Notes under the pieces: model-generated | Seen by the model: the letters and a program-made list of their open reading frames with translations, nothing else | What the model was told of the DNA's origin: nothing | The model's database searches: none | Shown here: positions 25,094-38,332 of the stretch, piece by piece | Layout: each line of letters opens with the position of its first letter | How positions within the stretch are numbered: the first letter of the stretch is position 1 | Made by a program: the position numbers and the translations under genes | DNA from: Ranitomeya imitator | Taxonomy: Eukaryota | Assembly: GCF_032444005.1 (NCBI RefSeq) | Contig: NC_091284.1 | Span: forward strand, 482,794,001 to 482,858,000 | Reading direction: 5' to 3' | DNA length: 64,000 nucleotides

Positions 25094-25676
25094 TTAATAA
25101 GTCAGAAATATATACATTTAAAAAAAAAAAAAAAAAAAATTAAACAGGAATATGAAACCCAAATTGTTATACAATGATGGAAAAATATTTAGTCCTCAGT
25201 GGTTGATATCGTTTAATGGCTAACTGAAACTATCTTCTACATTAGCTAACATGTTAGAATATATATATTTTTCCTGTATACAATGATGGTGAGAAATGGA
25301 ACAAAGGAAATAAGAGGAAATATACAGAACACAGAAGTGAATGGAGCTGGGTTGCAATACCACACATAACCAATGATTACGAAGGACACTGTTTCTGAAA
25401 GAAAGCAGGCATGCTTTTTTCTAACCCTGGACAACTCTTTTAATAATAGAGAAAACTGATCCACTTATTCATTTGACAATTTTGGCTTGAAAAGTAATTT
25501 TTTATTTTAAGTAATGCTATTGCAGCTTATATTGCAGATCAGAAAGTAAAGTTCAAGCCTGGGCAATGAGCCCTTGATCACTGAAAGTTAAAGTAACTAT
25601 ATGGCCTTAATGGCGCTGTTATACAGATTAAATTGATAACTTTGGTGAAGAAATCAGACTTTGTTCTGCTTCTTTA

Positions 25677-26985
25677 GGCCGGTTTCACACATCCTGATAT
25701 TTCCGGTACCAGATTCAGTACCACAGTAGTGCTACTGTAAGCGCTGTTCCCCGGCAGCTGGTGCTGAAACTAGCTATCATCCATTCTCCCCTGCTCTGCC
25801 AGCAAGCAGTATGAGCAGGGGAGAATGAATGAATGAGAAGCAGCGGACACTAGCGGTGACATCACTGAGTCTGTGCTCGCTGCCAGCATGAAATCCTGTA
25901 ACCTCAGGACTGTGGGAGAATGAAAGTGATGAGGTCATGGCAGTTCAAGCTCTGTCACAATGACCTCATCACTTGCATTTTCCCATGGTCCTGAGATCAC
26001 AGGAGTTCATGCCCGCAGCGAGCACAGACTCAGTGACGTCACCGCTAGTTACTGAGCCTATGCCCGCTGCTTCTTATTCATTCCCCAGTAGTTTACAGCC
26101 GGAGCTGTTGCATTAGCACCACTCCCGGTTGTAAATTGAACATTCCCCAGATATGCATTACGGCGTGGGACTGACTGAACGATGGACAGGTATGGGTATA
26201 TTGTTGGTTTATTATTTTAATTTTTTTTTACAGGAGATCGAAGGTGTCGATTGGATTAGCAGAAACAATAAAGATGGCAAAACTGTGTGGTATAAATATT
26301 ATACAGGTTAAAATACTGTATTCTTACTATGTGGTGTTTGTTTAACCGTTTACCAACTATAGGATTAGTAATGGAGAGGTGTCTTATTGACATCCCTCCA
26401 TTACTAATCCGGGCTTAATGTCACCTTACAATAAAATGACATTAACCCCGGATTACCCCACTTACCACTGCTATAGGGCGGTGGGAAGAACCAGGCAAAG
26501 CTCCAGAATTGGTGCATCTAATAGATGCGCCTTTTCTTGGCAGCTGCGGGCTGCTGATTTTAGGCTGGGGGGCCCATATCCATGGCCCCTTATCAACCTG
26601 AGAATAGCAGCCCTCATCTGTGAGATTTGCCGGGTCGGTTTAAAAACATAGGAGGACCCCACGTCGGGTTTTTCATTCATTCATTCTCCCCTGCTCACAC
26701 TGCTCACTGGCAGAGCAGGGGAGAATGGATGAAAGCCGTGTTCAGCACCAGCCACCAGTGAACAGCGGCTAACAGTAGGGCTACTTCTACTGTTCTCCAT
26801 GTGCACGTTTTGCGTCCCATGTGTCTGGGTGAAAATAGACACGTCTGCGTGTTTTGCACATGGACACATGGTCCGTGAAAACACGCTGACTTATTCATTT
26901 GAATGGAACTACATATGTCAGTGTCTCCGATATGTGAGAGAACTGTCACCACACTTACCGGAGACACTGACATGTGAAAGGGGCC
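25677..26985. mobile_element. PIF/Harbinger-type non-autonomous element
   Basis: TTA|GGCCGGTTTCACAC...TGTGAAAGGGGCC|TTA, with an internal ~200-bp foldback at ~25850-26050. Confidence 0.7.
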
Positions 26986-27449
26986 TTAAGCAGCATTGAA
27001 AGTTCTCTGGTAATGTGATTTCAGTATACATGGGCAGGACTGTACACTAGGCCTTTTTCTCTCTGCCCTGACTCCTCTGTCTGCCTCCAATGTTTGAATG
27101 ACAAGTCACTGCTTTTTCAGTGACCTGTCTCTTGTTTGAAATTTTATGCCAGTGCTGTCACTACCACAAATGGTGCATGTGCAGACTGATTTCCAGGGCC
27201 AGGAGCAATGTAGGCACAGATTGAAATCTCGGCTCTATGACAATTCAAAAAGATGTCATTGAGTCAAGATCTCAAATCCTTCCCATTTTATTGAAAACCA
27301 GAGGGGAAATTGGTGTGCGCTTGCACCATTCAAACACTAGAGTCAGATGCAAGGTGTAGGGAATGGGAAACAGGGAGAAAAAGATCCAGTGTACAGATCA
27401 GCCCCTGTGCACCAAAATCCCATTACCAGGAAACTTCAAATGTGATTAA

Positions 27450-28380
27450 CCCCTTCACCCCTGGGCAATTTTTGTTGTTTTTTGTTTTGTTGTTTTTTCC
27501 TGCCCTTATTCCATGAATAATAACTTTTTTATTTTTCTGTCAATCTAGCTGTATAAGGGCTTTTTTTTCGCTGCACGAGTTATACTTTTGAATGACACCA
27601 TTGATTTTACAACATAATGTACTGAAAAAGTAAAAAAATTGAAATTGCAGTGATATTGCAAAAAAAGTGCAATTCCACAATAGTTTTTTTTTATTACTGT
27701 ATTTACTATGTTCATATATATAGTAAAACTGACCTAGCAATATGATTCTCCAGGTCAGTATGTGTACGCAAATACCAAATATGTAAAGTTTTTTTTATCT
27801 AAGTGCTGAAAAAAATCTGGAAGTTGACATGAAAAAAAAAATTCTGCTTTTGTCACCATTTCCGAGACCCATACTGTTTTCATTTTTTGGGATATAGGGC
27901 TGAGTGAGGACTAATTTTTTTGCACCCTGAGCTGATGTTTTTACTGATACCATTTTAGGGTAGATGCGATGTTTTGATTGCCACTTATTGCATTTTATTG
28001 CAATGTTGCAGTGACCAAAAAACATTCTTGATTTATTTCTCATTACACTGTTTACTTATTGGATTTATTTCTTTTATATTTTGATAGATCTTACATTTCT
28101 GAATGCAGTCATACCAAATATGTGTTTTTTCATTCCTTTATTTCAATGGGGCAAGAGGGGGTGATTTGACCTTTGATTTTATTTTCATATTTTTAAAAGC
28201 TTTTTTTCTTTTAATAGCCCCTATGAGAATTGAATTGTCTTATAACTTGTCCTATACATAGCAGGCTCCAGCCCTGCTATATGTAGCAAAAATCATGATC
28301 TCCTATGAACGCCAGCCACAAGCCGCCTTTCACTGGAGTATTGTAATACTGGCATGGGGGTCATCCGCAGACCCGAAACT
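27450..28380 (+). mobile_element. piggyBac-type MITE, degenerate left portion
   Basis: TTAA|CCCCTTC start at 27446-27456; no matching right end found. Confidence 0.5.
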
Positions 28381-28513
28381 GTACACATACTTGGAGTAGA
28401 TGAGGCTCTAGTAGAATGGGAATTGGATCCCAGGATACAGTAGAAGATAACCCTGCAAACAGAGAATAGATGCAGACGTATGAAGTTTATTCAAGAAATA
28501 CAGGCAGATAATG

Positions 28514-28730
28514 AATTCTATAGTGCCACTTGATTGCAACTGTAGTTTTCACGTTTAGATTTCTCAAAATCTTTTTCAAACTGTGGCCATGGAGAAACAC
28601 AAAAGTCCTGTACAGTGCCCTGTAAGGCAATCCAGAACCTTTTTGTCGCTCCATGGTCACAGTTTACAAAAGATTTTGAGAAATTGAAATGTCACAACTA
28701 CGGTCACAGTCAAATAGCGCAATAGAATTC
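28514..28730. repeat. Degenerate palindromic MITE relic
   Basis: GAATTCTAT...TTTCTCAAAATCTTT / AAAGATTTTGAGAAA...ATAGAATTC inverted arms. Confidence 0.5.
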
Positions 28731-28785
28731 TTTTTCTGTCTGTATTTCTTTGTAGCAGTAAACCTGGCATTTAGGACAGTATGTA

Positions 28786-29626
28786 AAGGGTGGGCCATTT
28801 ATATGGATACACCTAAATAAAGTGGTAATGGTTGGTGATTATCAACTTCCTGTTTGTGGCACATTAGTATATTGGAGGGGGAAACTTTTCAAGATGGGTG
28901 GTGACCATGGCGGCCATTTTGAAGTCGGCTATTTTGGATCCAACTTTATTTTTTCAATGGGAAGAGGGTCATGTGACACATCAAACTTATTGATAATTTC
29001 ACAAGAAAAACAATGGTGTGCTTGGTTTTAATGTGGGTGTCAGGTCGGAGTATTCCTACATGAACAACTTCCTGGAAAGTGGATTGGTTGTCGTGGGCCA
29101 GTTAAATGGCCACCAAGGTCTCCCGATCTGGCCCCCTTAGACTTTTATCTTTGGGGTCATCTGAAGGCAATTGTCTATGCTGTGAAGATACAATATGCAC
29201 AGCATCTGAAACAACGGATACTGGAAGTCTGTGCTAGCATTTCTTCTGCGGTGTTGCTATCAGTGTGTCAAGAGTGGGAGAAGAGGGATGTATTGACAAT
29301 GCAACACAATGGGCAGCACTTTGAACACATTTTTTAAGTGGTCATAAACTTGTACATAACTCATGAAAGAATAAAGTTACATTAAAACCAAGCACACCAT
29401 TGTTTTTCTTGTGAAATTCTCAATAAGTATGATGTGTCACATGACCCTCTTCCCATTGGAAAAATAAAGCTGGATCCAAAATGGCTGACTTCAAAATGGC
29501 CGCCATGGTCACCACCTATCTTGAAAAGTTTCCCTCTCCCATATACTAATGTGCCACAAACAGGAAGTTCATATCACCAACCATTCCCATTTTATTTAGG
29601 CGTATCCATATAAATGGCCCATCCTG
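28786..29626 (+). mobile_element. Internally deleted Tc1/mariner-superfamily element with ~250-bp TIRs and a transposase C-terminus (29041-29337)
   Basis: TA|(A)AGGGTGGGCCATTTATATGGATAC...GGCCCATCCTG|TA. The fragment WIGCRGPVKWPPRSPDLAPLDFYLWGHLK has D at the third catalytic position (DDxD type). Confidence 0.85.
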
Positions 29627-31257
29627 TATAACAGATTTATTTGTCAACTCACAAATTAATGTTTCGGTCTTCATCAGAACTGATTGCCGTGTGGGAACTG
29701 TCTGAGAACAGCGCTGACAAGGGCGATCCAAATTGATGCAGAAAGTCTATGTATTTCTTGAATAAACTTCATACTTCTGCATATATTTGAGTGTTCAGTG
29801 AATATCTTCTACCAAAAGGTACATAATTCAGGGCGGGCTCAAAAGATTTGTGCCCTGGGGAAGTATTTTTCAGAAACATGAACACACATTAAAAAGGAAC
29901 AAGTGATTAAAATTTTAATAAAACAGTATGCATCCTGTAAAGCATCCAAATTATATCATATGATGCAAATTGATTTATTACTTTTAATCAAACTTTATAT
30001 TTTTATCTGCCTCTATTGTAGATGCATTTGTATTGCCTACATTCTTTGCAGGGTTTTCTTTTGATGCCATCTGTTTGAAAGAGACACATTTTTTGTAGCT
30101 TTTATCTCTCCCATTGTTGATTGGCAGCACAACATTTATTTTCCCCAGTCATCTCTCCTCATTAAATTTCCTATCATTCTCAAATCTAAAAACTGATTGC
30201 ATTAAAGTCAGTCACAGGCATTTTGAAGTGCTGCCAAAGCCGGTGTACTAGAACCCCATATAAGTAGGCAAGAGTTTTATCACATTGTGTATTTGGTCAG
30301 TAAAATAATCCAGTGCTGCCAAGTCTACATTACCTCTATTATCTTATACATGCTGCATGTCTCCTTTATGCTGAATAAATGAAACATTAATTGGTTTGTT
30401 TGCATATGGAAATTACATATACAACAACATTCATAAGGGTGTCAGATGGAAATGTCAGCAGGATGGATGTGCTTTAAAAATAAGGAGACAATTTAATGCT
30501 GAGTGCTGACTTTACTTACCTTTTAGAAATCAGTGATGCAAAAAGGCCATAAATCCTTTGAAATGTTAATTAAAAAGGAGCTAAACAAGACATGGTGCTT
30601 TCTGCTTCACAAACTAAAGAGCATAAGTAGTTGTGTTATATTAAATGCTATTAAGGAAGAGCGAATCTATGGAAGACTTCCTATACTGTATACATACTGT
30701 ATTCTCATTGTGACAAGTAGGAGCAAATGAGTACTTATCCCCAAAAACCTGAGGCTTATTACTAGAGATGAGCGAATATGTTCGAAAACCGATTGCCAAA
30801 CATAAATTTGGCACGAATATGGCATATTCGGATTCGTGATAGGAAAAACGAACAAATTTTTATAAAATAGCAAAAAATAGGTAACATTTGGTAAAAAGTG
30901 CAGGAAAATATTTGTGTTTCCACTAAAGTATTTTGAGCTCTTTGGCTAGGATAGTGGTGGTGTATGATAAGCGTAGTGCACATGTTTGATGAGGGGAACA
31001 GGTGGGGAGAACCCAGAGGAGCAACGTGCTTGTAAACTTTTTATTTTCTAACTTTACGTGTGCACATTGCTGCTAGCCAATCAGGACGCAGAAAACATCC
31101 ACATTGTCCAGACACAACTGCCTGTGTCATTGGCTGCTGAAATTACATGTCCCTCTCTATATATAGCGCAGACATCTTGTTTTACCATTTTGTCAACTTA
31201 ACAGCGCGGAGAGGCTGCTCCTGATGCTGGGCCTGAGTACCGATTTATTTTAGGTAC

Positions 31258-33020
31258 TGTAGTGATAGGGAATTCAGGGACCCTCATAGTTTATCCACAT
31301 ATATATATATATATGAATCCTTATATGACTTGTATTTCACCCCTCATCTTGTTTACCACATTATTTCAGTTACGTCAGCTACTGACAAACCCTATATTGC
31401 TTATGGGAATAGTTAATAACGGTGTTGGTGGTGGGAGCTATCAGATAGTAATGATTAATGAGCGTTGTCCACCTTAATTATACTAATTATCTACTTTCTA
31501 TATGAGAACGGTACTTTTCCATGTGAGAATATGTTTTTATCCAATCAATAGTTTGTATGCACATTGATGTAAACGCCCTAAGGTGAAAGGGTATATAATG
31601 TGAGCTATGGAATAAAGGAGTTATGATTGTTTTCTATGCAGATACAATTTGTCTCTGTGTGAATTCATCATCCGCTCGAGCGTCCTCATAATAATATTTG
31701 GAAACCATCCAATATACTCTGGTCTGCTTGAGACCACCCTAACAGTTGGCGTCCCTGGGTGGGCTGGAGAAAACGGAAGACTACCAATATCTGAGGATCG
31801 GCAATCACAGGCTTGGGATCAGAAGGAAACACAGACTTAATCCCGGGAAGGTAAGAACTTTGTATTCTTACAAACTCTCTCTGTGTCTCCTCCTTTCTCA
31901 CAGTCTGCAGCCAAACCCTGGGTATGTTATAGTCAAGTCTTTCTGCATAACCAGCCCATATTGTTTGGCAAAGAACCGTAGAATATCCAAGTGATACTTA
32001 GAGTGTATATTGTATTGGTAAATTTTCTTTGTTACTGCTCCTGTCATATGTGTTTTGCTATATGTCTAGCGTATGACTGAAGTATGAAATATGTATGTCA
32101 ACCATGAGGAGACGTCCTCTTGGGGAGTGATAGAGGAATGGTGTGACAAGCTGATTGAATGGGGATAGGTTCTCTACAATACAAGTCCGTCTTTTATGTT
32201 GTATAGTCTGTCTGTCTTGTCTTATATTTACTATCTGCTCCCATACGGTGCCAAAAGATCTTAAGAGAATTAGATCATATTAGTCTGCCTGTTGTTAAAC
32301 CTGTTTTGCAATCTCTGGTTGATATATGAGAATTTCTGTGCATACTAAGACTTAACTTGAGATGCATGCCATTTCTTACAGGAGGCCAATGAGGGGATTT
32401 AGTGATGGTGACAAAGTAGTCACATTGGTCAAATCACTAATCCATTATTCCTAGGGGTTCACACGCCCACAAACTGAGAAATTCAGTTTAGGGTTCGAAA
32501 GTGAGAACAAAAAGAGGAATTATTTTTTTAACGGGTCTACCATCCACAGACTGTGTAAATAGCCTAGGGTTCAAAAGTGTGGACACAAATGGGCACTATA
32601 GAAGCCGAATGAGGGCCGGGAGAAATAGGCATGAGTAGGGCTGCATGTCAGGATCGCAGTAAGGCATCAACCAGAGATGGAGATAGGAAGAGAGAGAGCA
32701 CCAGGAGAAAGACAGGGGGAAGTGGCAGTGCATATGACATAGGGAAAGACAGAAAAGATCAGGTAGCTGTGAAAGATACTGACGCTCATTGTACGGAATA
32801 ATTGTGTGTGTGTGTGTGCGTGCGTGTAAGAAAGTGATTGATATATGAGACTCCTTGTTTGAATTTGAAAGATCTGGCGTATGTAATAAGGTTTTGAAAA
32901 TAAAAATCCTGACTGTATAAGGGAGTCCACTTAGGTATGATCTCTGGTCGACTGGTACTGAGGAACATTAGAAAGTATAAACACATAGTCACACGTGTAT
33001 GAATGAGATGAGCTGAAACC
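31258..33020 (+). mobile_element. ERV/LTR-retroelement 5' portion: LTR (~31258-31744), tRNA-Asn PBS and decayed internal sequence
   Basis: TG...CA bounds, TATATAA at 31592, AATAAA at 31611, and LTR-terminal CA followed by GT and the PBS. Splice donor AG|GTAAG at 31850/31851. The outer limits are inferred. Confidence 0.7.
31747..31764 (+). promoter_or_regulatory. PBS complementary to the 3' end of tRNA-Asn(GUU)
   Basis: TGGCGTCCCTGGGTGGGC(T) is the reverse complement of the vertebrate tRNA-Asn 3' end AGCCCACCCAGGGACG plus CCA. Confidence 0.9.
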
Positions 33021-33944
33021 AAATATTTTGTTATTTTTGTTAGCTAGGTGGTTTCTAAGTCAGATAGTTTAGACAGCTAGCTTCCTGTGTGGCTGTGAAA
33101 TTGACATTCCAGCAGATTTTTGTTTTGTGCCAGTATTACTGAGGTCAAAGCCAGCAGGGCACATTTCACAAAAGTGTGTTATGCACTGTGCTTCTTTTGT
33201 GCTCCATGCACGAGTAGACTTTTCTAAATCTTATTTTTTCATTTTCTAAATGTGATACAGCAAGGTATATGTCACCTTGTCATTTAGTGGCAGTGACATT
33301 GTTCTGTGATTTGAGCTGTTGGCCAGTAAAAAAAAAATTTGGGTGGCAGTTGCTACTGTGATTCAGCCCGCCATATCTCACCTCGTTATTTAGCGATTGT
33401 GAAATTGTTCTGCGTGAAGAGATGTTGCACAGTAAAAAAATATATTTTTTGCAGTTGCTAAAGTGATTCACCACACCACATCTCACCCTGTCATATATTG
33501 AAATTCATCTTTCTGGTCAGCTGCTGAACAGTAAAAAAAATGTTATTCTGTAGTTAAACATGATACAGCGTGCCATATCCCACCTTGTAATTTAGTGGCG
33601 GTGAAATTCATCTTAGTGCACAGCTGTTGTACATTAAAAAAAAAAATTCTGTTGCTAAATGTCATACAGCCTGCCATAAGCCACCTTGTCATTTAGTGGC
33701 AGTGAAATTGTTCTGTGTTCAGAGCAGTTGCACAGTAAAAAACAAGACAAAAACATTTCTGTGACATATGTGATGTTTCTGTCAATCAAAGTTCTGACAG
33801 CTTCAGCACACCCCTACACCAGATTGGACGGCCGAGCCGTCAGTAACTACCACCAGGTCACAAAGCGTGTGCACAGGATCCATACTGGCAAACAAGAAAA
33901 ATGTATTGGCCAGACGTAATGCGATGCTAGTCACTCCTCACGGC

Positions 33945-35035
33945 GAAACAGCCGGTTCCTATATATAATAAAACTTAGCTTTTATTAAATACTCATAAAA
34001 GAAAAAATACCAAACACAATAGTGCAAAAAAGTGCCAGGTGCAAACAGACAGACACAAAATACGCTAAAATATCACCGCCAAGAAATTATAACCGCTATA
34101 GTATTATTTTTCGGTTATTCCAATACCACATTTTTTTGGTAACTTACTATATATTTAGCAGGGTCCCCAGCCCTTAGTTTTCATCAAAATATATCTATAT
34201 CTTTTCATGTAAGTACCAATAGGTCAAACAACCTTAATCTCATAAAAGGTATGGCCAAATGGGAATAAATCCTAAATCAACACTTCTAAACAACCTTAGT
34301 GGCGACGGTGATAATGATCAGTAGCAGCATGCTCATACACAAAAGAGATCAAACAGTAACATATGGCAACCGTGCAGACTGAAGTAAAATTTTTAGCACT
34401 CCTTTTGTCCTCAGATCCCAAAGGGTACATATCTTAATACATGCTGTCACGTGCACATTTTAAAATAAACATTCTATCATGTTATACTCATCTGCCTTCT
34501 ACCGATCATTTGTCTGAACCGGTGTGGCCTGAGTCAGAAAGAGGACCTTCTTAGCGGTTTCTCCTTAGAAAGTATATCCGCCTTCTTTCTTATAGGTCCA
34601 TCTGCATGAATAGTGCCTCCCAACGCGTTTCATTCTATTCCAAATCATCAGGGGATAGTGTCACCTTCATGAATCACACGTGCTTATGAGATTAAGGTTG
34701 TTTGACCTATTGGTACTTACATGAAAAGATATAGATATATTTTGATGAAAACTAAGGGCTGGGGACCCTGCTAAATATATAGTAAGTTACCAAAAAAATG
34801 TGGTATTGGAATAACCGAAAAATAATACTATAGCGGTTATAATTTCTTGGCGGTGATCTTTTAGCGTATTTTGTGTCTGTCTGTTTGCACCTGGCACTTT
34901 TTTGCACTATTGTGTTTGGTATTTTTTCTTTTATGAGTATTTAATAAAAGCTAAGTTTTATTATATATAGGAACCGGCTGTTTCGCTATAAAGATTTTTG
35001 GTTCTTATACCATTGAGAGTCTAGCTGCTAATTGT
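33945..35035. mobile_element. Penelope-like terminal-region insertion with a 303-bp inverted repeat
   Basis: 33943-34245 and 34684-34986 are inverted copies (one mismatch seen). The insertion is flanked by the 14-bp direct repeat TCACTCCTCACGGC (33931-33944 and 35036-35049), and a hammerhead motif lies in the spacer. Confidence 0.75.
34618..34655 (-). ncRNA. Minimal type-I hammerhead ribozyme motif
   Basis: TCCC-CTGATGA-tttggaatagaat-GAAACGCGTT-GGGA: stem I TCCC/GGGA and a palindromic ACGCGT stem III; stem II is weak. Confidence 0.65.
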
Positions 35036-35579
35036 TCACTCCTCACGGCCAAGCCATGAGTCAGAATTGTCAAGGAGTCCAAGGTCAGAAGCCAGGAGAG
35101 TATGTCATAAACAGAAGGAAGAGACAAAAGCATAGTCAGGTAAAGTTCCAAGGTCAGAGTACTGGGAGGATAATGGATTAGAGCTGAAGGGATTAAACAG
35201 GCAGACGGTTAGAATGAAGTCCAAGGTCAGGCAACAGATCAAGCATACAAAATTCAAGGCACAGGAGAACAAACCTCAAAAGCTAAATGTACATTTGGCA
35301 GAGTTCTGGGAGACACAGCTTAGTTACATAGCATGACAATTACCTGGAATAATGAACACTTGGAGGCAACTGGCGCCACACAGTCTCAGATTGGATAGTC
35401 GAGCTGTCAATCAACACACTGACAGCTCAGCATGCCCCTGTACTAGATTGGATGGCCAAGCTGTCAAAGTACTGTAAGCTTCAGTACACCTCTATAACAG
35501 ATTGGACAGCTGAGCTGTCAGTAATTGCATCCCAGACTCACTGAGGGGTGGAACCGTGACACGTGATAGATCATGCAAG

Positions 35580-36260
35580 ATCCGTGTTTGAAATTGTTTG
35601 GAGCATACCTTCTTGGTTATACAGGCCTCATCCACACTAAAAGCACATTTCTTCTGTTACTAACATGATACAGTAAGGGAGATCTCAGTTTGAAATTGAT
35701 TGGAGCATCTAGTCTATGTTATACAGGCCTCATCCACACAAAAAAAAATCTTCTGTTACTAACGTTATGCAGAAGTGGAGATCTCAGTTTGAAATTGTTT
35801 GGAGCATATCTTCTTTGTCATACAGGCCTCATCCACACTCAAACAATTTTTACTTCTGTTACTAATGTGAAACAGTAGGGGAGATCTCAGTTTGAAAGTT
35901 TTTGGAGCATATCTTCTTTGTCATACAGGCCTCATCAACACTCAAACAATTTTTTCTTCTGTTTCTAACATAATACCGTAGGGGAGATCTCAGTTTGAAA
36001 TTGTTTGGAGCATATTGTTTTTGTCATACAGGCCTCCTCTACACTCGAACAACTCTGTCTTCTATTACTAAAATCATCCAGTAGGCGAAATCTCAGTTTG
36101 AAATTGTTTGGAGCAACTAGTCTATTTTATACAGGCATCATTCACACAGAAAAAAAATTCTTCTATTACTAATGTAATACAGAAGAGGAGATCTCAGTTT
36201 GAAATTGTTTGGAGCATATCTTCTGTGCTTCATCCACACTCAAACAATATTTTCTTCTGT
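35580..36260. repeat. ~100-103-bp degenerate tandem repeat, 6-7 copies, upstream of the hAT transposase relic
   Basis: GAGATCTCAGTTTGAAATTG occurs at 35679, 35778, 35881, 35984, ~36087 and 36188. Confidence 0.85.
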
Positions 36261-37641
36261 GACTAAATCAATTCAACACGCCATATTTCACCTTCTCATT
36301 TAGTGCCGTTGAAATTCAGCTGTGTGCAGAGCTGGTGCAGAGTAAACATTCAATTTTTTTGCTAATACTGTGCTCCTTCCCCACTATCTGAGCAACATGA
36401 CTTGTGAAAAAGCGAGGTAATGGTGGAAGGGGGGCAAGGCTTGGTGTTCAAGGTGTACATGGGATAGGTGTTAATGTTAGTGAAAGCACTATTGAACCAA
36501 CAACATCACGTCCTATACATCAACAACTGCTGTTACTGGACAGACTACTCCACTACCTTTTTTTGGCAGATGCACTTTGGTACGCCTTGTTGATGAGGCC
36601 CATAAAGAGCATGAGCTCAACTGGATGGCAAGCGTAGCTTCAAGAGGCCTCTCCTCCTCTTCCTCCACCTCAACCTCACACCAAGTACAGTCCACAGCGG
36701 TGACACTCCCATTAGCCTTGCTTCTTCCCTCGCGTCATAGTTCTCCAACCTCCCAACTGACTGTAGGGAATCACATGGGTGAGCCTGCAGAGCTGTTCAC
36801 ATATTCAATGCATGGGCATCAGAAGTGTACTCAAAAACTTTACAGAATGAAGAGGAGGAAATCATCTGCCCAACATATTTTTTAGCTTTGATCCAGGGTA
36901 GGACAAAGTAGGAACCTCGTCACCAGGGGTTAACCGCCGGGGGGGTGAGAGGTGACACTGATGAGACTCAGATATCTTAGTCTCACACGGATTGTACTGT
37001 GATGCCACTGCAGGAAGAAGAGGAGGGTGACTTTCAGGTCAAGGAATTTGATAACCCAGAGGATGATGATGAGGTTGTAGATCCCCATTGGAGTGAACAC
37101 AGAGGGAAGCAGCTGAGTAGGTCATCTGAGGAGGTGAAAAAGGAGGAAGACAAGAAGGTTATATTGCACCGTATGGCGCAGTGATCATTATTGTTACCTA
37201 GCCACCAACACAGCATCGGCTTGGACCTCATGGAAGAGCCTGACATATGAGTGCCTTCTTGCTGCACTATCTGCCACATGATCCCCATATAGTTATGATT
37301 TAAAATAGTGCTGACTAATGGGTCGCTACTCGGTTAGATCCATGTTATAAGAGTAAATTTTGCTAGATGCTTCCTGCCCTGTAATGGGACCCACAAATGA
37401 TGGAGTATCGAAACACGCTTTTACACAACCTTAATAAAGGTTTTTTCCAAGACACCCTTGAGGCACACAGTGTATATCGCAGCTCTAGACTACCAACTAA
37501 AGACACATCAATTCGTCAATGCCAAAACACATCCTGTCATCCCCACTATATATGGTTTACCCAAAGTCCACAAGGAAATTGTACCCCCTCCAATGCGTCC
37601 TATTATTTCTAGTGTAGAATCTCTGACTGAGCACCTTAGTC

Positions 37642-37836
37642 TAGGGGTGTCAAACTGCATTCCTCGAGGGCTGCAAACAGGTCATGTTTTCAGGATTTCC
37701 TTGTACTGCACAGGTGATAATTTAATCACCAACTCATTATTTGTGTAAGTGATTAAATTATCACCTGTGCAGTACAAGGAAATCCTGAAAACATGACCTG
37801 TTTGCAGCCCTCGAGGAATGCAGTTTGACACCCCTG
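37642..37836. mobile_element. hAT MITE, 195-bp near-perfect palindrome
   Basis: (T)AGGGGTGTCAAAC...GTTTGACACCCCTG, with the 8-bp TSD CCTTAGTC (37634-37641 and 37837-37844). Confidence 0.95.
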
Positions 37837-38332
37837 CCTTAGTCAATGGGTGGATTCGTTGATGCAGCCTTTAGTTATGAGAGTTCCAGGTTTTTGAGAG
37901 ATTCTAAAGATGTTTTATATCAACTTTCCAATATTACATGGAAGGAGAATGTCATTTGCATCTAAGCACTTTATTACCTGTCATCAGAGGAGTACAGCAT
38001 CTCTGCGAGTTGTCGGCATAGAGAAACTCAAACTATCAGCAAGAGGGGGAGATTTCAACAGACACCTAATGACCCGTGAAGCATACTGGATTTTTGCCTG
38101 AATACATGCCATCCTGCAGGTCTGAATGCGCAGAGAGAGATTATGTTCCACTACTGAATTGCAACTACTATATGTATTGTGGTTTTCTTGCGTCTTCTTT
38201 TGTTCATTTTTTTGTAAGTTATTTAAAGTTGTTCTTTGTTTTTTGTAAATATAAGTTTTTTTAACTAGATGAGTTGCTCCGTTTATCATGTGATTGATAG
38301 AGTAATTTTCATTGGTGACAGCTGGTATTTAA

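Larger units (their letters stand above)
33902..35561 (-). mobile_element. Probable solo LTR (Gypsy/BEL-like) interrupted by a PLE
   Basis: The right end ...GGAACCGTGACA is a typical TGTCACGG LTR terminus. The left bound TGTATTGG is uncertain and no TSD was found. Confidence 0.45.

Noticed and set aside
29655-29680. Minus-strand CTGATGAAGACCGAAAC hammerhead-like core
   Set aside because: Stem II is essentially absent and stem I does not pair; at most a decayed relic.
30520-30613. Minus-strand exon-like segment (TTTAG acceptor, AG|GTAAGT donor)
   Set aside because: It has stops in all three frames and no partner exons were identified. It could be a non-coding exon, but this cannot be supported without RNA data.
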